Shown: positions 1-8,439 of the stretch, one piece after another
Position numbering within the stretch: position 1 is the stretch's first letter
How the letters are laid out: the number at the start of each line of letters is the position of its first letter
Origin: Bacteroidota bacterium
GTDB lineage: Bacteria > Bacteroidota > Bacteroidia > Bacteroidales > GCA-2748055
DNA length: 64,000 nucleotides
NCBI GenBank assembly: GCA_039714655.1
Contig: JBDLIX010000007.1
Coordinates: 4,543 to 68,542, forward strand
Direction: 5' to 3'
Made by a program: the position numbers and the translations under genes
Notes under the pieces: model-generated
Database searches by the model: none
Told to the model about the DNA's origin: nothing
The model's input: the letters and a program-made list of their open reading frames with translations, nothing else

Positions 1-903
1 GGAAAAGGGGCCAATATAGGCCTGGAGGCACAACCTGAAGGCATCGGGAGCGTAGATCAGGGGTTTGGAGAGCTCCTGCTAAATATCATTCCGGAAAATC
101 CCTTCCAGGCCATGGCCAACGGAGATGTGCTTCCGGTGATTTTTTTCTCATTGCTGTTCGGTTTTTTTGTTACCCGCCTAAAATCCGACCAGCGCAGCCT
201 GATGGGTGGATTTTTCAGGGCCGCATTTGAAGCCATGATGAAACTCACCTCCTTTGTGATCTGGACGGCACCCATCGGAATTTTCGGGATCATTGCAGGG
301 ATTGTGGCCAAAACCGGTTTTGACGCCTTTGCGTCTCTGGGAAAGTTTTTCCTGGTTGTTATGGCCGGACTTGCCATACACTTTAGCATCACCTTACCCC
401 TGCTGCTGAAATATATGGGGAAGTGTAGCCCCATTAAGCACTACCGGGGCATGCTTTCGGCCCTTATCACCGGTTTCTCAACCTGCTCGACCATTGTTAC
501 CTTGCCCTTGACCATGAAGGCTGTAACCGAAGTGTCGGGAGCATCTGAAAAAGCGGCCGGCTTCGTACTCCCCATCGGAGCCACCATCAACATGGACGGA
601 ACCGCCCTTTATGAGTGCGTGGCCACCATTTTCATCGCCCAGGTGTATGGATTTGACCTGGGACTGGCCCAACAGGGGATCATCGTTATAACTGCAGTGC
701 TGGCCTCTGTTGGAGCAGCCAGCATTCCCATGAGCGGATTTGTGATGTTGACCATCATACTAAATGCCGTAGGACTTCCCCTGGAAGGTGTGGGAATGAT
801 CCTGGCGGTAGACCGGATCCTGGACATGTTCCGCACCACGGTCAATGTATTTTCCGACAGCGTGGGTGCCGTTATCATCAGCCGGCTGGAGGGAGATTCC
901 TAG
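1..903 (+). CDS. Dicarboxylate/amino acid:cation symporter (DAACS, GltP/GltT family), 5' end truncated by window edge
   Basis: Frame 1 is open from base 1 (GKGANIGLEAQPEG...IIPENPFQAMANG). Motifs LPIGATINMDGTALYE and AVDRILDMFRTTVNV are present, with multiple TM segments. Confidence 0.93.
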   Translation, partial: GKGANIGLEAQPEGIGSVDQGFGELLLNIIPENPFQAMANGDVLPVIFFSLLFGFFVTRLKSDQRSLMGGFFRAAFEAMMKLTSFVIWTAPIGIFGIIAGIVAKTGFDAFASLGKFFLVVMAGLAIHFSITLPLLLKYMGKCSPIKHYRGMLSALITGFSTCSTIVTLPLTMKAVTEVSGASEKAAGFVLPIGATINMDGTALYECVATIFIAQVYGFDLGLAQQGIIVITAVLASVGAASIPMSGFVMLTIILNAVGLPLEGVGMILAVDRILDMFRTTVNVFSDSVGAVIISRLEGDS

Positions 904-2375
904 AGGCTGATATCAACACCTACTGCAAATATGATAGTATTTTTACCGTAAGTATCTGTATAGGATGTACCCAACATATCGAAAGTCTGAACATTTTCAT
1001 AGTCCTGGTACATCACATAAACTACACCAGCATTAATAGTAAGCATCTCTCCTACATTCACAAAAACTCCACCGCCAACGGTGTTGCTTTTTAAGGCATA
1101 ATTCAGATCGGACTGGTAATTCTGATTGACCCCATTGTTCCCGGTGGAGAATCCACCGCTTACACCAAGCAGACCCAGGAACTCATACTCCAGACTGGCA
1201 GCTACAGAATAACCATTGTCGTCAATGGTCGATTCATTATTGATCTGGTCCAGGTGTCCGTTCCCATTGTCCTCACTATTTCCATAAAAGGCCGATTTAT
1301 CCAGATAGTAGTTGAGTCCCACACTGGCAGTCAGGTTTTTCAACGGTTTCAGCTGAGCCCCTGCCGAGAACATGCCCGGAAGGTCCGAACGTGTTTTTGC
1401 ACCGTCGGGAAACATATTCACATCATCCACTACAGTTTCATTGGTCAATTCCAGTTTGGTATGATGCTCGTATTTAACAGCCACATTGAGCATGTCGGTA
1501 AGATGAAGGTTTACTCCAATGATCGGGGCAAAACCCGAGCCTGTCTGAATGGCATCAAGTTCCGCATCTGCTGTCATTGCATCGAGTCCGAGTGCAGTAG
1601 CCTCCAGGCCAGCAACTACATCAGCAGGTAGTCCCGGATTGGTAGCCACCCTTCTGAGGTAATCCCCCGGAGGCTGAGTACCACCATAAGGTGCATCAAT
1701 GGTCACTCCGTTTAACGATCCTGCATAACTGTTGTTTACCATTACGTACCTTCCGCCAATTGCAACCGAGATCATATCATTGATGGCATAGGTGGCTCCG
1801 ACCTGGATTCCCATGTATGTGGATGAGCCATTAAAGGCCGCATTCATGTTATACCCGGTAATATTCCTATAGCCAGGGTCCCAGCCGGTCCCAGCTTCAA
1901 CAGCCTGGTCCAGGGGAAGCAAACTACCATATAACAATGGCACCAGGGAGGAGACCGGAATCTCAAAGGAGGGAAGTCCCGATTCAAAATTGGCACTACC
2001 CCCTCCGCCAATAATATTGAAACCAGCCGAAAAGGCCCATTTATCCATCTTATAAGCCGCATATATGCTGGGAAAGACAGGAGCCATCAACTCAGCTTCA
2101 TACACCGATTCCGGAGCACTGTTGAGAAATTGATAATCACTTGTGATCTGCCTGGTTTGTAAAATTGTCTGGTTGGAAAGTGAGAGATGAATTCCATTTT
2201 TTAACTGGGAAAGTCCAGCCGGATTGAAGTAAACAGCATCAACTCCGTATGCAGCATGACGGGTCAGTGTTCTGGCCCAGGCTGCGCTCTGATTTGTGTT
2301 GGTGACCAATCCTCCTGCATGAATCGCGAGGGTCGATATAAGAATCATCATCAACGATAGATGTAATCTTTTCAT
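900..2375 (-). CDS. FadL/OmpP1-family outer-membrane transport beta-barrel
   Basis: Signal peptide, then GGLVTNTNQSA...DAVYFNPAGL (typical FadL hatch start), amphipathic beta strands and a C-terminal barrel strand. Confidence 0.8.
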   Translation of the reverse strand: MKRLHLSLMMILISTLAIHAGGLVTNTNQSAAWARTLTRHAAYGVDAVYFNPAGLSQLKNGIHLSLSNQTILQTRQITSDYQFLNSAPESVYEAELMAPVFPSIYAAYKMDKWAFSAGFNIIGGGGSANFESGLPSFEIPVSSLVPLLYGSLLPLDQAVEAGTGWDPGYRNITGYNMNAAFNGSSTYMGIQVGATYAINDMISVAIGGRYVMVNNSYAGSLNGVTIDAPYGGTQPPGDYLRRVATNPGLPADVVAGLEATALGLDAMTADAELDAIQTGSGFAPIIGVNLHLTDMLNVAVKYEHHTKLELTNETVVDDVNMFPDGAKTRSDLPGMFSAGAQLKPLKNLTASVGLNYYLDKSAFYGNSEDNGNGHLDQINNESTIDDNGYSVAASLEYEFLGLLGVSGGFSTGNNGVNQNYQSDLNYALKSNTVGGGVFVNVGEMLTINAGVVYVMYQDYENVQTFDMLGTSYTDTYGKNTIIFAVGVDISL

Positions 2376-2476
2376 GAGAAATTTTTTTTGTTAGCGGGCA
2401 CAAGTAAGGAAAAAAAATTGAAACGAACATGTTCCATCCCTATTGGTTATTCCTATATCATATAGAAAACAGAATC

Positions 2477-3271
2477 ATGGATTTAGGAATAAAAGGAAAA
2501 GTAATGATGGTGGCCGCCTCCAGCAAAGGTCTGGGATTTGGGATTGCCAGGCAGGCTGCCCTGGAGGGAGCAGCAGTTTCCATGGGTAGCCGAAGCAAAA
2601 AAAACATCAACCAGGCAGTCAACCGTCTTAGAAACGAGGTACCCGGCGCTACAGTATATGGCTTTACTCTGGATGTGGCCGATCCTGCGTCCATCGAGAT
2701 CTGGATTAAGAATACCCTTAAAGAACTGGGTACTATCGACGGATTGGTGGTCAATGGAGGTGGACCGCCGCCTGGTACATTTGATGATATGGATGACGGC
2801 ACCTGGTTTTCGGGTTATGAGAATACCCTTATGAGTGCAGTAAGAATGATCAGAGGAGTATTGCCTGAGATGCGCCGGAAACAGTCAGGAACTATTTTAA
2901 CTATTACTTCAAGTTCAATAAAAGAACCCATTGATAATCTGTTGTTATCAAATGTTTATAGATCCGGTGTAACCAGTCTTGTAAAGAGCCTTTCATTCCA
3001 GGTGGCAAAAGATAATATCCGTATCAATAATCTGGTTCCCGGCTTTTTTGATACTGAGAGGCTCCAGCAGCTTGATCTGAGAAACTCTGGTGATTGGAGG
3101 CTAAGCCTGGAGAATGTTAGACAGATCAATTTCGAGAAGATTCCACTGGGCAGGTACGGTGATCCCGACGAATTTGGAAAAGCAGCTGTTTTTCTGCTTT
3201 CTGAAGCAGCCTCCTATGTTACCGGAGAGAGTTTTATCATCGATGGGGGCAAAATGCGAACTGCATGGTGA
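2477..3271 (+). CDS. SDR-family oxidoreductase (3-oxoacyl-ACP-reductase-like)
   Basis: MDLGIKGKVMMVAASSKGLG Rossmann motif, LVVNGGGPPPG, INNLVPGFFDTER, GRYGDPDEFG, IIDGG. Start moved to ATG 2477. Confidence 0.88.
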   Translation: MDLGIKGKVMMVAASSKGLGFGIARQAALEGAAVSMGSRSKKNINQAVNRLRNEVPGATVYGFTLDVADPASIEIWIKNTLKELGTIDGLVVNGGGPPPGTFDDMDDGTWFSGYENTLMSAVRMIRGVLPEMRRKQSGTILTITSSSIKEPIDNLLLSNVYRSGVTSLVKSLSFQVAKDNIRINNLVPGFFDTERLQQLDLRNSGDWRLSLENVRQINFEKIPLGRYGDPDEFGKAAVFLLSEAASYVTGESFIIDGGKMRTAW

Positions 3272-3284
3272 CCCTTTAATGTAC

Positions 3285-3292
3285 TATCTTTG
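3285..3292 (+). promoter_or_regulatory. Bacteroidota -7 promoter box (TATCTTTG) for rlmN
   Basis: Exact TAnnTTTG ending 5 nt before the rlmN ATG. Confidence 0.6.
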
Positions 3293-3297
3293 CGGAA

Positions 3298-4317
3298 ATG
3301 AAGGAGAAACTTTTTGGAAAGAACCTTAAAGAGCTAAAGGAGCTCTCTGCAACCCTTGGTTTGCCTGCTTATACAGGAAAACAGCTCTCCGAATGGCTGT
3401 ACAAAAAAGAGATTTCCGGGTTTGAGGAGATGACCAATCTTTCCAAAAAAGCCCGGACCTTGCTCTCTTCAGCTTATGAATTTGGAATAGAGAAACCCAT
3501 TGATGTTCAGGAATCCACCGATGGCACAAAGAAATACCTTTTTCCTGCACTTTCGGGTAAATTTATTGAAACCGCATACATTCCCGACCAAAAAAGAAGT
3601 ACGGTTTGTGTCTCATCCCAGGTGGGGTGTAAAATGGGATGCCTTTTCTGTATGACCGGGAAACAGGGGTTCCAGGGCAATCTTTCCTCAGGAGAGATCC
3701 TGAATCAATACCGTAGTCTGCCCCAATGGAGAAAATTGACCAATATTGTCTATATGGGCATGGGCGAACCCCTCGATAACCTGCCGGAAGTACTTAAAAG
3801 CCTGGAAATTCTAACGTCTGACTGGGGATTTGGACTGAGTCCGCGAAGAATTACAGTCTCTACCATCGGTATTACCCCGGCCATGCTTGAATTCCTTGAA
3901 AAAAGTGAAGCCCACCTGGCTGTAAGTCTCCACTCTCCTTTTGATGAAGATCGCAGGAAACTGATGCCAATCCAACAGGTCTATCCACTGAAAGAGGTGT
4001 TGAAAGAGATCCGGTCTTGGGACTTTGGCCGTCAGCGCAGGATCTCCTTTGAATACATTCTCTTCAAAGGATTCAATGATTCTCCTTCCCATGTCAATGA
4101 GCTTTCCAGAATCCTTAATGGAATTCGTTGTCGCATCAATTTGATCCGCTTTCATCCCATTCCCGACACCCCTCTTGAATCGCCCGATGAGTCCACCATT
4201 GAGTTTTTCCGGGACCGCCTGAATGCCAAAGGGATCACAACCACCATCAGAGCAAGCCGGGGTCAGGATATTTGGGCTGCCTGCGGTTTGCTTTCCACAA
4301 AAAAGTTGAAAGAATAA
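3298..4317 (+). CDS. rlmN: 23S rRNA m2A2503 / tRNA m2A37 radical-SAM methyltransferase RlmN
   Basis: TVCVSSQVGCKMGCLFC (CxxxCxxC), YMGMGEP, RASRGQDIWAACGLL. Confidence 0.96.
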   Translation: MKEKLFGKNLKELKELSATLGLPAYTGKQLSEWLYKKEISGFEEMTNLSKKARTLLSSAYEFGIEKPIDVQESTDGTKKYLFPALSGKFIETAYIPDQKRSTVCVSSQVGCKMGCLFCMTGKQGFQGNLSSGEILNQYRSLPQWRKLTNIVYMGMGEPLDNLPEVLKSLEILTSDWGFGLSPRRITVSTIGITPAMLEFLEKSEAHLAVSLHSPFDEDRRKLMPIQQVYPLKEVLKEIRSWDFGRQRRISFEYILFKGFNDSPSHVNELSRILNGIRCRINLIRFHPIPDTPLESPDESTIEFFRDRLNAKGITTTIRASRGQDIWAACGLLSTKKLKE

Positions 4318-4369
4318 GATCAATTTTCTTCGATAAGAGACTCCTTCATTCCATTAACCTGAAAAAGGG

Positions 4370-5053
4370 ATGTTATGGCTTCTTGATTTGTTGATGTTCT
4401 TCTTCCCCGTGAACTGTCTTGTCTGCGGTAAACGTCTCACCTCTCCTGGCGTAGTACTCTGTTTGGAGTGTGAGTATAAAATGCCCAGGACTGGTTACGG
4501 TGATCGCAATGATAATCCCGTAAGCAAGGTTTTCTGGGGCAGGGTTCCGGTGGAGATGGGCACCTCACTGTTTCGGTTTGAAAAGGGTTCGGCTTATCAA
4601 ACCCTGCTGCATGATCTTAAATACAGGGGTAACAGGAAAGTTGGAACCCATCTTGGACGTCTGTTGGGACAAGAACTGAATAAAACCAGCTTTTCAGGCT
4701 GTGATTTGCTGGTCCCGGTTCCTCTGCATCAAAGAAGACTCCGGGAAAGGGGATACAACCAGAGTGAGATCATTGCCAGGGGAACTTCCGAAGTGATGAG
4801 AATTCCGGTGGTATCCAATCTTTTGAGACGAGCTGATGGACACCATTCACAAACTTCCATGGGCCGTTATGAAAGATTTGAAAATGTATCTGACAGCTTC
4901 CGGCTGGCACAGAACGCTCCGGATGTGAATGGAAAAAGGATCCTGCTCATCGATGATGTTGTTACCACTGGAGCAACCCTGGAGGCCTGTAGCCGGATAC
5001 TTTTCAATCACTATACATGCCTGGTGCACATCGCTACAGTCTCCTGTGCCTGA
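4370..5053 (+). CDS. comF: ComF-family protein (double zinc ribbon + phosphoribosyltransferase domain)
   Basis: CLVC...CLEC zinc ribbon, PVPLH...RERGYNQS, LLIDDVVTTGATL PRPP motif. Confidence 0.9.
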   Translation: MLWLLDLLMFFFPVNCLVCGKRLTSPGVVLCLECEYKMPRTGYGDRNDNPVSKVFWGRVPVEMGTSLFRFEKGSAYQTLLHDLKYRGNRKVGTHLGRLLGQELNKTSFSGCDLLVPVPLHQRRLRERGYNQSEIIARGTSEVMRIPVVSNLLRRADGHHSQTSMGRYERFENVSDSFRLAQNAPDVNGKRILLIDDVVTTGATLEACSRILFNHYTCLVHIATVSCA

Positions 5054-5683
5054 TCAGTCATGCTTAATTCTATATGCGGCAGTCATACAGATTACATTAT
5101 GGAAATAACCACGATACCCGGGATGGTTCCACTCCGCAGGATCACGGAAAGGAATGGCAGAATATGTATACCTGATTCCAAGCCCCGTAGTCCCACTAAT
5201 CCAGTAACAGAGTCCGCCAAAAACACTCAATCCAAACCTTCTGTTCTCCGGATAGCTGGCCGGATCAATGATCCCATCCTGGTCCGAAAAGTAAGTTTTG
5301 ACCAGCACCTCGGGGGAGGTGCCCATCTCCAGTTGGATCTTGTCATCATGCAGGTAGTGGACCGACAGAGGGAGTTCCACATAGTGGTATCCACCCCTGT
5401 AAAGGGTGGGATCGTTGTCACCGGGACCTTTATACACGCCACGGGTTACATATTTCACCTCAGCCTGCCAGTATATGTCGTATTCAATATAGCGGTTGAT
5501 GAAAGCTCCGGCCGTCACACCCAATTTATTGAATCCTGTGTAAGCATCCCCGTCAACTTGAGATGCAGTGATCCCTCCGAAAAATCCATAACTCATTTGT
5601 TGACCATATGAATCAATGGAGAGCACCAGTAACAGGGTGGCAATGAAGAGCTTTCCTATTCCGTATTTGGATTTCTTACTCAT
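5054..5683 (-). CDS. Outer-membrane beta-barrel protein (PorT-like, OMP_b-brl_2)
   Basis: Signal peptide, GFFGGITASQVDGD...GFNKLG, YVELPLSVHY; size and strand pattern fit an 8-stranded barrel. Confidence 0.7.
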   Translation of the reverse strand: MSKKSKYGIGKLFIATLLLVLSIDSYGQQMSYGFFGGITASQVDGDAYTGFNKLGVTAGAFINRYIEYDIYWQAEVKYVTRGVYKGPGDNDPTLYRGGYHYVELPLSVHYLHDDKIQLEMGTSPEVLVKTYFSDQDGIIDPASYPENRRFGLSVFGGLCYWISGTTGLGIRYTYSAIPFRDPAEWNHPGYRGYFHNVICMTAAYRIKHD

Positions 5684-6362
5684 TCAACAACTCTTTTATC
5701 AGTTTGTCAACTCCTGTCCCTGCTTTTTCTCTGATGACCCTGATCCTGGAGTAGCCCGGCACAGATACCTCATTGGGATCAATGATATAGATGGGGGCAT
5801 TTTCAGGGGCATGGTTGATCAATCCTGCTGCCGGATAGACGTTCATGGAAGTTCCGATGATCACAAGAATCTGAGCCGTGGAAACAATTTCAGCAGCTGT
5901 CTCGATAACCGGAACAGATTCACCAAACCAAACAACATTCGGTCGTAATTGGGATCCTTTTTCGCACAGATCTCCTTCATTTAGTTCCCAACCGTCAATA
6001 TCATATATAAGATTGGGATCTGTTGTACTACGTGATTTACGCAGCTCACCATGCAGGTGAAGAATCTGTGCTGAACCAGCCCTTTCATGCAGGTCATCAA
6101 TGTTCTGGGTAATGATCTTCACATCGAAATCCTTCTCCAGTTCCACCAGTCCCACATGACCCCGGTTTGGTTTGGTCTCCAGTAACTGTTTCCTGCGTTC
6201 ATTGTAGAACCGCAATACAAGGGCCCGATCCCGTGCCCACCCACCAGGACTCGCTACTTCATAAACGTCATACTCCTCCCACAAACCTCCCATCTCACGA
6301 AAAGTCCTCAATCCACTTTCTGCGCTCATACCAGCACCGGTAAGTACAACCAGCTTTTTCAT
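5676..6362 (-). CDS. cobB: NAD-dependent protein deacylase (sirtuin, CobB-like)
   Basis: LTGAGMSAESG..TFR, ITQNIDDLHERAG, HLHG, RPNVVWFGE, IGTS..VYPAA. Confidence 0.93.
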   Translation of the reverse strand: MKKLVVLTGAGMSAESGLRTFREMGGLWEEYDVYEVASPGGWARDRALVLRFYNERRKQLLETKPNRGHVGLVELEKDFDVKIITQNIDDLHERAGSAQILHLHGELRKSRSTTDPNLIYDIDGWELNEGDLCEKGSQLRPNVVWFGESVPVIETAAEIVSTAQILVIIGTSMNVYPAAGLINHAPENAPIYIIDPNEVSVPGYSRIRVIREKAGTGVDKLIKELLNE

Positions 6363-6465
6363 TTTTACACTTTATGTAAATATAAGATTTTGGCTGAACA
6401 ATTAGTTTCGCTATTTTTAACTATCCATAACCGAAGCTTTTCCTGGTGGATTTTAAGAAGCCTAA

Positions 6466-8439
6466 ATGATTGATCAACAGACCATAAACCAGATCTTTGA
6501 GACTGCCGATATCCTGGAGGTGATTTCTGATTTTGTAACCCTGAAAAAAAGCGGAGCCAATTACAAAGGACTGAGCCCTTTCTCCAATGAGAAAACGCCT
6601 TCATTTATGGTCTCTCCTGCCAAGGGGATTTTTAAAGATTTCAGTTCGGGTAAAGGCGGAAATGTTGTGGGGTTCCTTATGGAACACGAAAAACTCTCTT
6701 ACCCTGAAGCGCTCAGGTATCTTGCAAACAAGTACAGCATCCCCGTCGAAGAAAAAGAGCTGTCGGCCGAAGAGATTCAGCAAAAAAATGAGAGGGAAAG
6801 CCTGTTGGCGGTCACGGCCTTTGCTTCCAATTACTTTCATAACCAGCTTGAATCGGAAGAGGGTAAAGCCATCGGTCTAAGCTATTTTCGCAAACGCGGA
6901 TTTCGGGATGATCTCTTAAAGAAGTTTCAGTTAGGATACAGTCCTGAGGAACGTACTGCATTCACCACAGAAGCAGGAAAAAACGGATACAAAAAGAGTT
7001 ACCTGGTTAATACCGGATTATCCATCGAAAGGGAAAACTACATGTTTGACCGCTTCGCCGGAAGGGTGATCTTTCCAATCCATTCGCTCTCCGGAAATGT
7101 CATCGGTTTTGGTGGACGCACACTGAAATCTGATAAAAACATCGCAAAATACCTGAACTCTCCCGAATCGGATATATACCATAAGAGCCGTGTCCTGTAT
7201 GGGCTTTTCCAGGCGAAAAAGTCCATTGTGGCGAAAGAGCAATGTTTTCTGGTTGAGGGCTATACCGATGTAATCGCTATGCACCAGGCGGGAATAGAAA
7301 ATGTGGTAGCCTCGTCCGGGACTGCACTCACCACGGAACAGATCAGGCTTATTAAACGATTTTCCGGCGATATCACGATTCTATATGATGGAGACGAAGC
7401 GGGAATCAAGGCTTCATTCCGTGGGATCGATATGATCCTGGAGGAGGGTATGAACGTGAAGGTGGTGATGCTCCCCCTGGGAGAGGACCCCGACTCCTTT
7501 GCCCGGTCACATAGTTCTTCGGAATTCCTTGAATTCATCAAGTCAAGTGAAAAAGATTTTATCTCCTTCAAAACCGAGATCCTTCTGGCCGAAGCTCAAC
7601 ATGATCCCATAAAAAGGGCACAACTGATCACAGACATTGTAAAGTCTGTGGCTGTTATTCCCGACGGTATCATGCGCAGTGTATTCCTCAAAGACAGTAG
7701 CCTGCTGCTGGGCGTTGAAGAGCAGGTTCTCTACAACGAAGTAAATAAGATCAGACGCCGGATGCAGGAGCAAAAATGGCGTAGAGAGCAGTCAGGCCGA
7801 AGAGAACATACAGGACGCAGGGATTGGGAGGAACAGCCACGGGCCACACTCCCCCGGCAACCAGTGGTTCCTGGGTTTGTGGAGAATGTATTTTCAGAAG
7901 TAGAGGAGCGGGAAATTATCTATTTCCTTCTGAAATTTGGGAACCAGCTCCTTCATTTAAGCAGTGAAGAAAATAGAGAAATCAGTGTAGCCCAATACAT
8001 TATCAGGGAGATCCAAAATGATGAGCTGGAATTTACAAACCTGGTATACAAGCAAATTTTCGAAGATGTGAAAGAGCTCATTGAACGCGGGGAACCAGTG
8101 ACTGAGCGCTATTTCGTTTACCACGATCAATCGGGCGTGCGAGAGCTGGCTGTAGATATTTACACTTCCCGGTATGAATTGAGTAAGGTGTGGAAACGAA
8201 AAGAGGCATATGTGGAGATGCCGGGAGAAAACCTGGGTTTTGAGATTCCCAAATCATTGCTCTCCTATAAAATGATGGTCATTGAAAAAGCACTGACCCA
8301 TCTTAGAAAGGAGTTGGAGAGTACTGAAAAGAACAGCGATATCGAAACGCTTAATCATCTGATTGTAAGGATCCAGAGTCTGGAGCAGGTAAAACGCGCA
8401 CTCTCCATCGGTTTAGGAGGACGAACCATTATTCGCTAG
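6466..8439 (+). CDS. dnaG: DNA primase
   Basis: Zinc-binding region GLSPFSNEKTPSF (Bacteroidota variant), KYLNSPE, TOPRIM VEGYTDV and YDGDEAG. Confidence 0.97.
   Translation: MIDQQTINQIFETADILEVISDFVTLKKSGANYKGLSPFSNEKTPSFMVSPAKGIFKDFSSGKGGNVVGFLMEHEKLSYPEALRYLANKYSIPVEEKELSAEEIQQKNERESLLAVTAFASNYFHNQLESEEGKAIGLSYFRKRGFRDDLLKKFQLGYSPEERTAFTTEAGKNGYKKSYLVNTGLSIERENYMFDRFAGRVIFPIHSLSGNVIGFGGRTLKSDKNIAKYLNSPESDIYHKSRVLYGLFQAKKSIVAKEQCFLVEGYTDVIAMHQAGIENVVASSGTALTTEQIRLIKRFSGDITILYDGDEAGIKASFRGIDMILEEGMNVKVVMLPLGEDPDSFARSHSSSEFLEFIKSSEKDFISFKTEILLAEAQHDPIKRAQLITDIVKSVAVIPDGIMRSVFLKDSSLLLGVEEQVLYNEVNKIRRRMQEQKWRREQSGRREHTGRRDWEEQPRATLPRQPVVPGFVENVFSEVEEREIIYFLLKFGNQLLHLSSEENREISVAQYIIREIQNDELEFTNLVYKQIFEDVKELIERGEPVTERYFVYHDQSGVRELAVDIYTSRYELSKVWKRKEAYVEMPGENLGFEIPKSLLSYKMMVIEKALTHLRKELESTEKNSDIETLNHLIVRIQSLEQVKRALSIGLGGRTIIR

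Noticed and set aside
7780-7830. RREQSG-RREHTG-RRDWEE repeat in dnaG
   Set aside because: Lies in the variable linker before the DnaB-binding domain; low-complexity drift.
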